64,000 nt of DNA. Origin: Escherichia phage SP27. The stretch is taken from sequence record LC494302.1; one strand, 5' to 3'. A program made the position numbers and the translations under genes. Shown one piece after another: positions 46,490 through 56,676 of this stretch (its first letter is position 1; each line of letters begins with the position of its first letter). The notes below the pieces were generated by a model. It did no database searches, was not told where the DNA came from, and saw nothing but the letters and a program-made list of their open reading frames with translations.

Positions 46490-47082
46490 ATGCAAATAAA
46501 TGTTGTAGTGCAGATGTGCATTTGTTTTTTAAGAAATTAGTAAATGATATTATCTATATGCAAGAAATCATTTATCACAAAAGAATGGACTTAGAAAAAG
46601 CATTAGTTCAGTTCTCTTTTATGCTGGATGGGATTATTACTCTAGATGGTGATGGATTGCGTATAGCATTTGACGGTAATTCAAATAGGGTTTTCTATTG
46701 GATGAATAATAAATTATGTTCCTCAATTTGCCGCACTTTTTATAACCCTATTTCGGACTTATATCAATTGGTGTATTCTAAAGGTGCAGTAGAAGCATCA
46801 TATGGTGATAGTTATGCCCTAGGAAAGAGTATTCCATATATGCAATCATTTGATATTGAATTAGTCAGTACTGATGAAGATGCAATGTTCACAAATGATT
46901 TAACGATGGAACGTGAATCTGCAATGAGATATATTACAAATTCTATGCATACATTCTTTCAACGAGTAGAATTTGATAATGTATATATAGCAAATGTAAA
47001 TATTTTTACTGACCTGTGTCAGTACTTGAGAAGTGTTTGTGATTTTGATGAAAGCTATTGTAAGCTTTATACTGAGGTATAA
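46480..47082 (+). CDS. Fam-C-like protein (degenerate core)
   Basis: 200 aa; TDEDAMFTNDLTME at the expected position (Q replaced by T). Confidence 0.75.
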   Translation: MPINANKCCSADVHLFFKKLVNDIIYMQEIIYHKRMDLEKALVQFSFMLDGIITLDGDGLRIAFDGNSNRVFYWMNNKLCSSICRTFYNPISDLYQLVYSKGAVEASYGDSYALGKSIPYMQSFDIELVSTDEDAMFTNDLTMERESAMRYITNSMHTFFQRVEFDNVYIANVNIFTDLCQYLRSVCDFDESYCKLYTEV

Positions 47083-47087
47083 AACAA

Positions 47088-47450
47088 ATGAACACATTAA
47101 GTATTACATACTATACAACTAAAAAATTAGTTACTTGTTTAATATCATTGAAGACAAACCATGATGATATGTTTGATATGGCTGCATATGAATTAGAATT
47201 ATCAGAAGATGGCTTCAAGAGCTATGAAGTATATAGCTATGTTCGTGAAGATGTAATTGACACTACACTAATGCAAGAGGATGAGTTATTCCAAGAAAGT
47301 TTAGTATGGGATAATAAGTACGATTGTAACTTTGATTTCTTATGTTTAATCCAGAAAGAAATGAAAAGAATCTTTGATAATTATCCAGTGAAGAGATTGA
47401 GTACTGGACCGGAGCAGTACAGGAGAATTTTATTCCGTTATGAAGACTGA
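47088..47450 (+). CDS. Fam-C protein
   Basis: 120 aa; core QEDELFQESLVWDNKYD. Confidence 0.85.
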   Translation: MNTLSITYYTTKKLVTCLISLKTNHDDMFDMAAYELELSEDGFKSYEVYSYVREDVIDTTLMQEDELFQESLVWDNKYDCNFDFLCLIQKEMKRIFDNYPVKRLSTGPEQYRRILFRYED

Positions 47451-47775
47451 ATTAGTGAAAGTAATGTACGCTACTCATATTAAACTACTACTTGTGAAAT
47501 TTGATTATAATAAAAAACATAATGATTTCTATACTTTAATTCGTGATGAAAATACATTCTCCTTGCGATGCAACAATATACCGTTGAAGATAAATGATTT
47601 TACTTCACTTGACGAGGGTGAATTATTTCAAGAATCATTAGTTTTTAATAGTAATATAAAAATTGATATAGAAGTTATTAAAAAATACCAGATTTTATTG
47701 AACAAAATTATGAATTGTTATCCATGTGAAATAGGTGGTCATATGCAGTTCAAATCAAAAATGTATGAATTATGA
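47440..47775 (+). CDS. Fam-C protein
   Basis: 111 aa; core DEGELFQESLVFN. Confidence 0.85.
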   Translation: MKTELVKVMYATHIKLLLVKFDYNKKHNDFYTLIRDENTFSLRCNNIPLKINDFTSLDEGELFQESLVFNSNIKIDIEVIKKYQILLNKIMNCYPCEIGGHMQFKSKMYEL

Positions 47776-47782
47776 GGTTTAT

Positions 47783-48319
47783 ATGTTAGATGAAAAAATG
47801 AACAATGGAACACAATATAATCATCTTAAGTTAGATACATTCGAATCAGCTATCAGTACTGCACAAGATATAATTGATATTATCAAGTTCATTAAAGAAA
47901 ATAAGTTCAAATGTTTGAAAATACTAAATCGTTCAATGTACCGTGATAACAATATTCATGTATCAGTACGTAGACCGAAAGATAAAGAAAGTGGGAGAGA
48001 TTTCTATAACAACAGTGAGCAGTTCGAATGTGAATATGATCCAGAATTCAGAGGCGGTTTCATGTGTTACAGTATAAAGGATACCTCACACATTGAGATA
48101 CGTTCATCGAAAGGTGGCATACGTACATTAGAGTTCATTGATATAGTTTTAAATCAGGAATACTACTTTCAACTATCATTATTGTTTCCTGCATACGATT
48201 TAGGAGTTCTATTCATGTATAAGTACTTTTATGAGCACTGGAATGAAGACTTCTATCTGGACTTAGAAGATTACCAATTAGTTTGGAAAGAAATGGTAGA
48301 ACTTCGCAATCCCTCTTGA
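47783..48319 (+). CDS. Fam-C protein
   Basis: 178 aa from MLDEKMNNG; SD GAGG 5 nt upstream (track start 47735 is GTG inside upstream gene); core LNQEYYFQLSLLFP. Confidence 0.8.
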   Translation: MLDEKMNNGTQYNHLKLDTFESAISTAQDIIDIIKFIKENKFKCLKILNRSMYRDNNIHVSVRRPKDKESGRDFYNNSEQFECEYDPEFRGGFMCYSIKDTSHIEIRSSKGGIRTLEFIDIVLNQEYYFQLSLLFPAYDLGVLFMYKYFYEHWNEDFYLDLEDYQLVWKEMVELRNPS

Positions 48320-48368
48320 CACCCACCGATTCTTTGTGATATAATCCCTTTATATTAATTGTAAAGGG
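48316..48368 (+). promoter_or_regulatory. extended -10 promoter + 5' hairpin inside Fam-C array
   Basis: TTGACA 48316-48321 /18/ TGaTATAAT (TATAAT 48340-48345); hairpin CCCTTTA...TAAAGGG 48346-48368. Confidence 0.65.
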
Positions 48369-48378
48369 TTATAACACA

Positions 48379-48855
48379 ATGTCCAAAGACCTATCATTTA
48401 GCAATGCACAAAAAATAGCAAAAGACATTATCAGGGTTTATAAATTCCTTGCGAATGTTACTGAAGATTTTTCCGTGGGGGAACATAAAGTTATTAAACG
48501 AAATGGATACCTTTCATTTATGGATGGGTTACTCTATAGTTCAGATGAATCAACTTGTAGCATTAGAGTACTTGATGAAGTACCAAGTGGTGATTTTATT
48601 TCATACCATTTTCCAAGTTCAGATAATTTCAAATACTACAATCATCTTCTTATAAATGAAGCATTTAATACGATTGTAATTAACACTGAAGAAGAGTTCT
48701 TCCAGTACAGTACTGTGTATCCAGAGAGGATTGTTTTCAGTTCAGTGATTTTAACAGCCCTTAAAAATGAACTAAATTCCGATAGTGATCATTTCTACTT
48801 GGACCTGAACAATGTCGATTGTATTATTGAGTACCTGGAGAAAAATGGTTTATGA
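48379..48855 (+). CDS. Fam-C protein
   Basis: 158 aa; core NTEEEFFQYSTVYP. Confidence 0.85.
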   Translation: MSKDLSFSNAQKIAKDIIRVYKFLANVTEDFSVGEHKVIKRNGYLSFMDGLLYSSDESTCSIRVLDEVPSGDFISYHFPSSDNFKYYNHLLINEAFNTIVINTEEEFFQYSTVYPERIVFSSVILTALKNELNSDSDHFYLDLNNVDCIIEYLEKNGL

Positions 48856-49337
48856 TTACTACAGAATATGATTACTATGGTGTTTTAGAATTTACAGAAA
48901 ATATCTATCGCATTGCAAAGGAGTTCAGAAGTCCTAAGCCTTTTGGTGGAATGCCTTTTGGTGGTATGTTTCAATACGATGAGTTCAGTTCATCTAAAGG
49001 AAGACTAGCATTTACTAATGGTAGAGGTAATCAAATCTACGCGGAGTACTTTGATGATAATGACTTTCATTACAAAGCCGAATACATTTCATATTGCCCT
49101 GGGTCTGATTTGAAGATTAATATTGATACATTTAGAGAAGCAGTATTTGTTCCGTATAATGATTTAGTCTTCATGTCAGAGGAAATGTACTTTCAGGGTT
49201 CTTGTATTCATGATGTAAAAGTACTTAATGCTATGTTATTTTATGGTGCACTACTTAATCATTACAAATACAATCAACGATTCTTTTTAGATTTAGCAGT
49301 CTACTATAAATGCGTGGATTATTTGAATGCAAAATAA
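48852..49337 (+). CDS. Fam-C protein
   Basis: 161 aa; ATGA overlap; core MSEEMYFQGSCIHD; contains the PFGGM x2 duplication. Confidence 0.85.
   Translation: MITTEYDYYGVLEFTENIYRIAKEFRSPKPFGGMPFGGMFQYDEFSSSKGRLAFTNGRGNQIYAEYFDDNDFHYKAEYISYCPGSDLKINIDTFREAVFVPYNDLVFMSEEMYFQGSCIHDVKVLNAMLFYGALLNHYKYNQRFFLDLAVYYKCVDYLNAK
48939..48968 (+). repeat. in-frame 15-nt tandem duplication
   Basis: CCTTTTGGTGG(A/T)ATG x2 encoding PFGGM PFGGM. Confidence 0.9.
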
Positions 49338-49689
49338 GAAAACAATTCAGTACATGACGGATGGCAATGAATGCTTTGCTTCAAGATATGAATTCAACAA
49401 GAACCATTTCGTAACCTATATCCCTGAATATAATCAGTTTTATCTACAGATTTACCAAAATGATTCATATATGAATGAGATATATTCTGAAATAAAAATC
49501 CCGGATTATAGTACTTTATCAGAAGAGGAATTGTTTCAGCAGAGCACTATCAGTACTGAAGATGTGTATGAAATAATGGAATACCAGAAGGTACTTAAAT
49601 ATTTCCATGAAGTTCAGGATATACAAATGGATAGTGTTAAAGCGTGGAATTATAACACATACGAGGTAAATTATGTTCGAAATGATTAA
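49327..49689 (+). CDS. Fam-C protein
   Basis: 120 aa; core LSEEELFQQSTIST. Confidence 0.85.
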   Translation: MQNKKTIQYMTDGNECFASRYEFNKNHFVTYIPEYNQFYLQIYQNDSYMNEIYSEIKIPDYSTLSEEELFQQSTISTEDVYEIMEYQKVLKYFHEVQDIQMDSVKAWNYNTYEVNYVRND

Positions 49690-50086
49690 AATTATGCAAC
49701 GATGTATTGTAGACCAACACGGGATATATGGATATCGTTTAAGTGCTCCTATTGACAAAAATAAAACAACCTATGTAAGCTATAATGCTGTACAAGGATT
49801 TGATATATTCATTGATGCCAACAATAAAATCAAACAAGCTAAGGATGTGTCTATAATGACCCCTGATGAGTTATTTCAGTACAGCTTAGTCTTTCCTACA
49901 TGTATCGATTTACAACGTCTAGGAGCGATACAGAAGGTTTTACGCGAACATAAAGTACAACCCAATAAAGTCACACACATTCCAGAAACAATCTTCAAAA
50001 CCATAGAAGTAGAAACTCCTGATTATATGTTAAGTGATGATGAGTACTACGAGAAACACTTCCCTGGTAAAGTTTGGAGAGACTAA
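49673..50086 (+). CDS. Fam-C protein
   Basis: 137 aa; core TPDELFQYSLVFP. Confidence 0.85.
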   Translation: MFEMIKIMQRCIVDQHGIYGYRLSAPIDKNKTTYVSYNAVQGFDIFIDANNKIKQAKDVSIMTPDELFQYSLVFPTCIDLQRLGAIQKVLREHKVQPNKVTHIPETIFKTIEVETPDYMLSDDEYYEKHFPGKVWRD

Positions 50087-50568
50087 TGAACCGAAAGTAC
50101 AGAGAAACTATGAAGTTCGCTAAGGAGTGTTTAGAGACATTTGATTTCATTTTCGATAACAAAGACTCACTGGGTCATCACTTCGTAATTACAAAGAAAG
50201 AAGATAAGAGATACAAGTGTGAAAGATTAGGATACAGTATTGAGTTCTCCTTAATGATTGATGGAATGATAAACTCCTTATATGAATGTGGTAAGACTGA
50301 TTACCTTTCATTTAGATCATGGAGTGAAGGTATCATGTTCTTGAGAACAAATGGAGTTTTATATCCGTTTCTTGATGATTTATCAGAAGAAAGTTACTTT
50401 CAAAATAGTTTAATTTACACAGAAAAAGAACTCAAGATGCTATTCATTATGTCGTACTTTAAAAAGTACTGCAATTTTAAATCATTATCTTTTGAGATCT
50501 CTGCAATGAAAGTATTCATTAAAAATGTAAAAGAATTAAAGAGGATTTACGATGTACATAGAAAATGA
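50086..50568 (+). CDS. Fam-C protein
   Basis: ATG 50086 in TAATG junction (track start 50074 is TTG); MNRKYRETMKFAKECL; core LSEESYFQNSLIYT. Confidence 0.8.
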   Translation: MNRKYRETMKFAKECLETFDFIFDNKDSLGHHFVITKKEDKRYKCERLGYSIEFSLMIDGMINSLYECGKTDYLSFRSWSEGIMFLRTNGVLYPFLDDLSEESYFQNSLIYTEKELKMLFIMSYFKKYCNFKSLSFEISAMKVFIKNVKELKRIYDVHRK

Positions 50569-51094
50569 TAATGTAAAATGCATTGCCGACATTTGTATAA
50601 AATTAATGAAAATTTTCATTAACCCAAAATACAAGACTCGTTCTTTACGTCATAATATTGATGAGCATTGTACCATTAATATACTAGGTAGTATTCTTGA
50701 TGTAAAATATGATGGTAAAATGTTATTCGGTATAAGAGAAGAGAAGATAGATGATGCATTCTTTTCTTCTAAAGATAAATTTGAACCTTCTGATTATAAA
50801 GTGATTATTCGTGATGATAGCATCTATATTAGTAGTGATTATTCAAATTACTTCGATAAAATATACACTGAAAACGTTGACTACCATTATGAAATGATTG
50901 ATTTACCAGTAACAGACATTGATATGGAGAGAATCAAATTTTCATTATCAGATAATGAGTACTTAGGTATACAAACATATTATTCACTACAAGGAAAGAT
51001 TCCACCTGCTATGTATATAAGGATTGAGATTGGTAATGTATTCAATGATAAGGTTATATCAATTGCTGATAAAATATTGAGGGTTGAATTATGA
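50552..51094 (+). CDS. Fam-C-like protein (degenerate core)
   Basis: 180 aa; MERIKFSLSDNEY at the expected position. Confidence 0.7.
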   Translation: MYIENDNVKCIADICIKLMKIFINPKYKTRSLRHNIDEHCTINILGSILDVKYDGKMLFGIREEKIDDAFFSSKDKFEPSDYKVIIRDDSIYISSDYSNYFDKIYTENVDYHYEMIDLPVTDIDMERIKFSLSDNEYLGIQTYYSLQGKIPPAMYIRIEIGNVFNDKVISIADKILRVEL

Positions 51095-51654
51095 ATATCA
51101 ATGATTACCAATTTCATAGGCTTGAATTTCGTCATTGTGTTGCATTTGCAAAAACATTGATGTGCATCATTGACACTCTTTCATCCAAACAATTTCGTAA
51201 GGATAATGATTTATTTCTGAAAAAAGGTCGTGTAACATCATCCGATATCAGTGTTGAACTATTTGTTGATATCAGTGTTGATACCGGAGACAGTACAAGG
51301 GTTGGTTGTATAGGTCATATTGGTACACATTGCTTCACATGGAATCCAAATACAAGTCAAGTACGAATTGATTATAGAAATTCACGTTGGGTTGATCTTA
51401 GTACTGAATCCGATTTAGAATCAGCTATGTTCCAGCTAAGTTTAATTCACAATCCTAATGAACTTCTTTACATTATTACTTTCAGTTATCTGTTACAAAA
51501 CTACGATAATCCATCAGGGTTTTTCATAGAATCGGATATAGAAGAAATTATGGAAGAGTTTCCTAGTTTAAAGGATATTCTGGTAGAAAAAGATTTCTAT
51601 GAAGACTTCAGAGATTTATACGACATGCACTTGGAGTTATTTAAGAATGGATAA
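51091..51654 (+). CDS. Fam-C protein
   Basis: 187 aa; ATGA overlap; core DLESAMFQLSLIHN. Confidence 0.85.
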   Translation: MNINDYQFHRLEFRHCVAFAKTLMCIIDTLSSKQFRKDNDLFLKKGRVTSSDISVELFVDISVDTGDSTRVGCIGHIGTHCFTWNPNTSQVRIDYRNSRWVDLSTESDLESAMFQLSLIHNPNELLYIITFSYLLQNYDNPSGFFIESDIEEIMEEFPSLKDILVEKDFYEDFRDLYDMHLELFKNG

Positions 51655-52165
51655 AGATGATATTCTAATTAGACTAATTAAGAGTTTAATAAAGTTCTCA
51701 AATAATGATGTCGATACATACAAAGTAGGGGATATTGAATTCAAATCATTTGGTATGTACGGTGAGGACAAAACATATTATGCGTCAATGAAATTTCAAG
51801 ATTTTCACGAGATGTTAATATCGTTATCATATGAAGATGTTGATCCAAGATGGAGTTCCAGTATTTCACTATCGAGAATGGTAATTCGTAGTAAGCATCG
51901 TTACATTTCGTCAAAGAATACTCCTAACTTGATTAATATTGTGTTGAATGAAAATACCAATCCTATATCTAAACTTGATATCGTACCGTTAACCGATGAA
52001 GTACTTTTTCAATTGAGTACCATTTGTGATGAAGATGTGATATCATGTATGAAAATTTATGAGACGGTTGGGAGTGATATTCACATGAACTATTACCTAA
52101 CGATAGATGGAACATACCTCAGAGATGAAGCTCTAGCGTACATTGACAGTGTTTTACCAAAATAA
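51647..52165 (+). CDS. Fam-C protein
   Basis: 172 aa from MDKDDILIRL (8-nt overlap; alternative ATG 51599 would overlap by 56 nt); core LTDEVLFQLSTICD. Confidence 0.7.
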   Translation: MDKDDILIRLIKSLIKFSNNDVDTYKVGDIEFKSFGMYGEDKTYYASMKFQDFHEMLISLSYEDVDPRWSSSISLSRMVIRSKHRYISSKNTPNLINIVLNENTNPISKLDIVPLTDEVLFQLSTICDEDVISCMKIYETVGSDIHMNYYLTIDGTYLRDEALAYIDSVLPK

Positions 52166-52186
52166 AGACCCTTATGGGTCTTTTTG
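52166..52186 (+). terminator. intrinsic terminator
   Basis: AGACCC-TTAT-GGGTCT 52166-52181 then TTTTT. Confidence 0.8.
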
Positions 52187-52196
52187 TGTTTATGTC

Positions 52197-52225
52197 TTTA
52201 CAGTAGCATTCAGATGTGTTATAAT
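52197..52225 (+). promoter_or_regulatory. extended -10 promoter inside Fam-C array
   Basis: TTTACA 52197-52202 /17/ TGtTATAAT (TATAAT 52220-52225). Confidence 0.65.
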
Positions 52226-52252
52226 CACTTTTAATAGAGGATAGGAGAAGAT

Positions 52253-52819
52253 ATGAGTACTGAATTAATTAAAGAAGTTACCTTACTTCTGAAGCATTGT
52301 TTTAAGTTCATTCCTGATACTGGTTCACGCCAGTACATTAAAGTTAATGAGAAATATAACATCAATATCCTTGTATCTGAAACTGCGAGCAGTTATGCTA
52401 ACATTGAGTTGGATTCTGAAGAAAAATATACAGTATTACAAATCATAGCAGATGTACAACGTAAACAAGATTACCGTTCTTCATTTTACAACGATTATCT
52501 GTGTGTTTGCTCAAACTTCAGTGAGAATAAAATTGTGTATAAGAATTTATACACACATGAAGTGATTGATACATATAATTATAAAATTTCATCTGATGAA
52601 TACAATGTGCTAATGTTCAACGCAAACCTTTTGTATGATGCCAGTACTGTACGCTGTTTAGAGTTAGCATATAAAATTCCAAAGATCATGGAAAGAAAAG
52701 ATTTGATTCACTTTAAAACTATTTTAAAATACAGTACAAAAGAATTAGAGGATTTAGTACAGGCTCTTAAGAATTTCATTAATGAACATGTACCTGTTAA
52801 ATTCGAGGATGCACAATGA
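52253..52819 (+). CDS. Fam-C-like protein (degenerate core)
   Basis: 188 aa; SD AGGAGAAG; EYNVLMFNANLLYD (Q replaced by N). Confidence 0.8.
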   Translation: MSTELIKEVTLLLKHCFKFIPDTGSRQYIKVNEKYNINILVSETASSYANIELDSEEKYTVLQIIADVQRKQDYRSSFYNDYLCVCSNFSENKIVYKNLYTHEVIDTYNYKISSDEYNVLMFNANLLYDASTVRCLELAYKIPKIMERKDLIHFKTILKYSTKELEDLVQALKNFINEHVPVKFEDAQ

Positions 52820-53400
52820 ACCATATCAGAACTAAAATTTTGAGACTCATGCATGACATTGCAGAACTTTCAGAGATTCATGACATTACAGAAATTGTTG
52901 AATTTGATGATTATCGACTGAAAATTGAAAACAAATCCAAACATCGTTTTGGATCAGTTCAGTTGGATGTATATAAAACTTATGAATTTTCTAAAAAAAT
53001 TAAAAGTTCATGGGATACGATTACTATGTACATTCGCACATCCAGAAATCGTGAACGTATTGGTTCTATTTCTTCTAATATGGTATTTGCGAATGCATTA
53101 CATGAAAAAATGAATAAAATTGTAGAATCTGATTTCAGTGAAGATGATGGTTTTATTGGGTTGGATGTTCCACCAGAATTAGACCAAAGTGAAGATATTC
53201 GAGATGCATTCATTTTCCAGAAATCATTGTTGGACAATTACAAAGAATTCGAGTACTTAATGCTTTGTTACGATACTGCAAAAGTTCTTGATTGTGGTGA
53301 ACTAGTTATGTACAATGATTTTATCAATTACAAGACTGATGTTCTGAATACACTACTTCAAAATATAGAATCGGTTAAGGAAAAATATGAACGCTTATAG
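52816..53400 (+). CDS. Fam-C protein
   Basis: 194 aa; ATGA overlap; core IRDAFIFQKSLLDN. Confidence 0.85.
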   Translation: MNHIRTKILRLMHDIAELSEIHDITEIVEFDDYRLKIENKSKHRFGSVQLDVYKTYEFSKKIKSSWDTITMYIRTSRNRERIGSISSNMVFANALHEKMNKIVESDFSEDDGFIGLDVPPELDQSEDIRDAFIFQKSLLDNYKEFEYLMLCYDTAKVLDCGELVMYNDFINYKTDVLNTLLQNIESVKEKYERL

Positions 53401-53965
53401 TTATATGACAGAACGCCATCAGTTATTATATGATATCAGTACAAAAATGTTATCAATTGTTAGTAGTGCAAAAGAAATTGAAAAACAATACCTCATCCGT
53501 GATGTAGCAATTTCATCTAAATGTTGGTCCAATGAATATTACGATCACGGTATTCTTACTATTTCTGGGGCTAGAAATATTTGTATTGTAAAAAATAAAA
53601 ATAAAAGTAATGAAGAGTGTGAGATTATAACCGATATACAAATTAAGGATGATGGAAGTTTTTCACACCACCCATTCCATATTAGTACTATTGGTGTTTT
53701 ATATAATATTAAAGTACTATTCGGTGATGAAGAGTATGTGTTAAAATCTATCAATCCAGAATCAAGTACAGTTGAAGAAGAACTGTTCCAGATGAGCACT
53801 GTTATACCTGAAGAGGTTCTTAGTACTGTTATTTTTTGTAGTTTAATTTATCATGAATACAAAAAGTACCAGTTCGATTTCCACATGTTAGGAACATACA
53901 TCTTCAATAATTTGAATGTAGATCGTTTAACAGCATTAAATGCAGCAATGGATAAGGTGCTATAA
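53387..53965 (+). CDS. Fam-C protein
   Basis: 192 aa; core TVEEELFQMSTVIP. Confidence 0.85.
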   Translation: MNAYSYMTERHQLLYDISTKMLSIVSSAKEIEKQYLIRDVAISSKCWSNEYYDHGILTISGARNICIVKNKNKSNEECEIITDIQIKDDGSFSHHPFHISTIGVLYNIKVLFGDEEYVLKSINPESSTVEEELFQMSTVIPEEVLSTVIFCSLIYHEYKKYQFDFHMLGTYIFNNLNVDRLTALNAAMDKVL

Positions 53966-54393
53966 TGACAAGAGATGATTGTTTGTACATATGGGATATA
54001 ATTGAAACTACACTTTCAAATCCAGAAAATTATAAAACAAAAAAAAGACAACGACACAAAATATGGATAGATTTGTTCGTTGAGGGCATACACGCAGTGA
54101 CTATTTGGGATTCACCGAGGGCATCATCATCTACTCTGTTGGACAATGAATGCATTGATTGCATTAATTCCACTTTTCATCTCTACGGTACTACAATTTT
54201 TGGTACATTTCTGGATATTGAAAGTAAAGATGATATTGATTCACTTGCGTTACAATACCAAGTACTATATAATACTAAATTAATTTACGATTTAGTACTA
54301 GCTTCTTATGTGTATAAATTAATGATGAAATATAATCATATTTCTGTTTCAGTTTATACTAAGGATATTCTTTCATTAAGAGACAAAACATGA
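53965..54393 (+). CDS. Fam-C-like protein (degenerate core)
   Basis: 142 aa; TAATG junction; IDSLALQYQVLYN. Confidence 0.75.
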   Translation: MTRDDCLYIWDIIETTLSNPENYKTKKRQRHKIWIDLFVEGIHAVTIWDSPRASSSTLLDNECIDCINSTFHLYGTTIFGTFLDIESKDDIDSLALQYQVLYNTKLIYDLVLASYVYKLMMKYNHISVSVYTKDILSLRDKT

Positions 54394-54899
54394 GTTTATT
54401 AAATGCACGCGAATTGGTTGAGATGTATGAGATTTTGTCTTCATATAAAAATTCTCCAAAAGATGTAATTCTAAACAAAAAGTTCCATGTCAGTGTTGAA
54501 CATATAACAAATATAGATATGATTTCTTTGGTGGAAAGTAATAAGTCAGGTCTGGAGCGTGATATCATGCGTTTGATTTATATTCCTAAACCATCATATA
54601 CTAATGATAGTACTATTAGCAATGAGACATTCATGTATAGTCCTGGTACGGATTCTACTATAGTATCGCTGTCCAATAAATCAATGGATACTTTCCAATT
54701 CATCTATACCAGTACTGATAACATTGAAGAAATTGAATTTCAAAACAATACATTAAGTCCATGTAGTAGTGTTATAACCTTTATGTCATATCTATGGTCA
54801 ACTAAAACAAGTGCTGTTGTATATAGTTCAAATTATACACAAGATAGTATTGTTGAATCATATAAAGTTCTAAAGGAATACTATGAAAATAACAAATGA
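54390..54899 (+). CDS. Fam-C protein
   Basis: 169 aa; ATGA overlap; core NIEEIEFQNNTLSP. Confidence 0.8.
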   Translation: MSLLNARELVEMYEILSSYKNSPKDVILNKKFHVSVEHITNIDMISLVESNKSGLERDIMRLIYIPKPSYTNDSTISNETFMYSPGTDSTIVSLSNKSMDTFQFIYTSTDNIEEIEFQNNTLSPCSSVITFMSYLWSTKTSAVVYSSNYTQDSIVESYKVLKEYYENNK

Positions 54900-55464
54900 T
54901 TTTATTAAAAGTGTAGTACACCCTATGCTTAGTATTATGAAAAAAATACAGAATCTACCGGAAGATAACGATTACAAGTTTAATCGTTTTGATTCAGATG
55001 TGTTTTGTATTGAAATTGAAATTAATAACAATCGTAATTTACATTTAAAATTCAAAGAATCTTCGAGTCCGTACTACAACTTTGATATGAATTTTAAAAT
55101 AGATACTGACATTGAAGAAAACGTAATATCAAATCATACTAGCAAAAATGGTTTTATGCATAGAACTACTATGTACAATAATAAAAATAGTATTATATCT
55201 AAATGGAATCAACAATTCACTAAAATTTGTGAAATTGAATATAATGATTTTGGTAAAGAACATTACTTTCAGTTAAGTACAATTCATGAACTTCCACCAT
55301 ATGATTATGTTAAAACATGGTTTGATATTCATAATATAATTGATGATGCAATCAAACTTCCATTTGGTGTGTCAATATCATATACTGCTCCTAAAACATT
55401 TGTTTTTACTGAAGATATGATTATGAAAAAGATATGGGCAATCATCCCACTTATGATGGATTAA
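54883..55464 (+). CDS. Fam-C protein
   Basis: 193 aa; core GKEHYFQLSTIHE. Confidence 0.85.
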   Translation: MKITNDFIKSVVHPMLSIMKKIQNLPEDNDYKFNRFDSDVFCIEIEINNNRNLHLKFKESSSPYYNFDMNFKIDTDIEENVISNHTSKNGFMHRTTMYNNKNSIISKWNQQFTKICEIEYNDFGKEHYFQLSTIHELPPYDYVKTWFDIHNIIDDAIKLPFGVSISYTAPKTFVFTEDMIMKKIWAIIPLMMD

Positions 55465-55470
55465 ATTTGT

Positions 55471-55507
55471 ACCAGGGGTTGACTCTGGTTTTTTTGTATG
55501 ATACATT
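55471..55507 (+). promoter_or_regulatory. terminator-like hairpin with embedded promoter
   Basis: ACCAG 55471-55475 / CTGGT 55485-55489 + T-run; TTGACT 55479-55484 /17/ TGaTACATT (55502-55507). Confidence 0.5.
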
Positions 55508-55525
55508 GTTCTCAAGGAGAATTTT

Positions 55526-56077
55526 ATGAACTACAATCATGATCTTTTTACATTATGTGCATCCAAATGTGTTGAAGGATGGGCAGATAAAATCAATATC
55601 ATAATTCATCGATATCTCGTCTTTAGTTCCCGTGCACGAAGTGAGGGGGCTATGGATTTCAAATATACACTATCTATTGATGGTGTAACTATCCATGCAG
55701 ACGAAGAACGTCTGAACATTAATTTGTATGATTCCTGTGTATTTGCTATTCACCAAAAGATGGGGAAAGGATGGGGTTGTAATAACATTAACTCCAAAGC
55801 TATCTTTTGGGTTGGTCACCATCAGACAGTACTTGATCCTTCAATCAAATCTAATCTTTTATCCGATAATATGGTTTATGATTTATTGTACTCCGAAGAA
55901 CAACATTTTCAGTTAAGTACATTGCATGTTCTGGCACAGTACGAGGATTGTTACAAAACATTAGAACTATGCCATTCCCTTGAACTTAAAGATAAATTAA
56001 TACAAGTTTACCCTTCATTCTTTCATGAAGAAGTCCAAAGTACACTAGATCATATTTTATATGGATACGATAAATGA
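55526..56077 (+). CDS. Fam-C protein
   Basis: 183 aa; SD AAGGAGAA; core YSEEQHFQLSTLHV. Confidence 0.85.
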   Translation: MNYNHDLFTLCASKCVEGWADKINIIIHRYLVFSSRARSEGAMDFKYTLSIDGVTIHADEERLNINLYDSCVFAIHQKMGKGWGCNNINSKAIFWVGHHQTVLDPSIKSNLLSDNMVYDLLYSEEQHFQLSTLHVLAQYEDCYKTLELCHSLELKDKLIQVYPSFFHEEVQSTLDHILYGYDK

Positions 56078-56676
56078 GAAAAAGTTATCAAGAAGCTATT
56101 GACTTAATTCGTGAAGTTATCAAGGTGGCTCCTGCTGCTATTGAGTTCAAGAAGTCCATATACAAGAAGTATGGGTCAATGTCGAGTATGTGCTTTCAAA
56201 AGAAACGTAGAGCATTCACTACCCAGTACTGGAATGATTCTATCATCCTGAGCAATGAGACTCAGCGTATTTTAACACTAGAATCTGAACCTAATGAGTA
56301 CGGGGAAGGAAACATTTGTGTACCTGATTATGATGAAATTAACTTCAACTGCGGTGATTTTGAAACAACATTATTACTTCATGAGGGTTATCCAGAAGGT
56401 GATGTATTAGCTGAATACAATCCAAAAACTAAAATTCTCAAAAGAGGAATTCAGTTCACTATTAATAACAAAGATGATGTTGAAGCAGCACTGATGCAAC
56501 TGAGTACAAGTGAACCTATCACTATTAGTGTAGAAGAGTTATGGGGAATTATTTCAGTACTCAATGAGTGCTATAAAGTAAAATCATTGCGTAATCACAC
56601 CCTTATATTGCATACTAATATGGCAAATATAAAATGTAAGCACATTCAAGAAATGGTGGTTCCAGATGGACTTTAA
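56074..56676 (+). CDS. Fam-C-like protein (degenerate core)
   Basis: 200 aa; ATGA overlap; VEAALMQLSTSEP. Confidence 0.8.
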   Translation: MRKSYQEAIDLIREVIKVAPAAIEFKKSIYKKYGSMSSMCFQKKRRAFTTQYWNDSIILSNETQRILTLESEPNEYGEGNICVPDYDEINFNCGDFETTLLLHEGYPEGDVLAEYNPKTKILKRGIQFTINNKDDVEAALMQLSTSEPITISVEELWGIISVLNECYKVKSLRNHTLILHTNMANIKCKHIQEMVVPDGL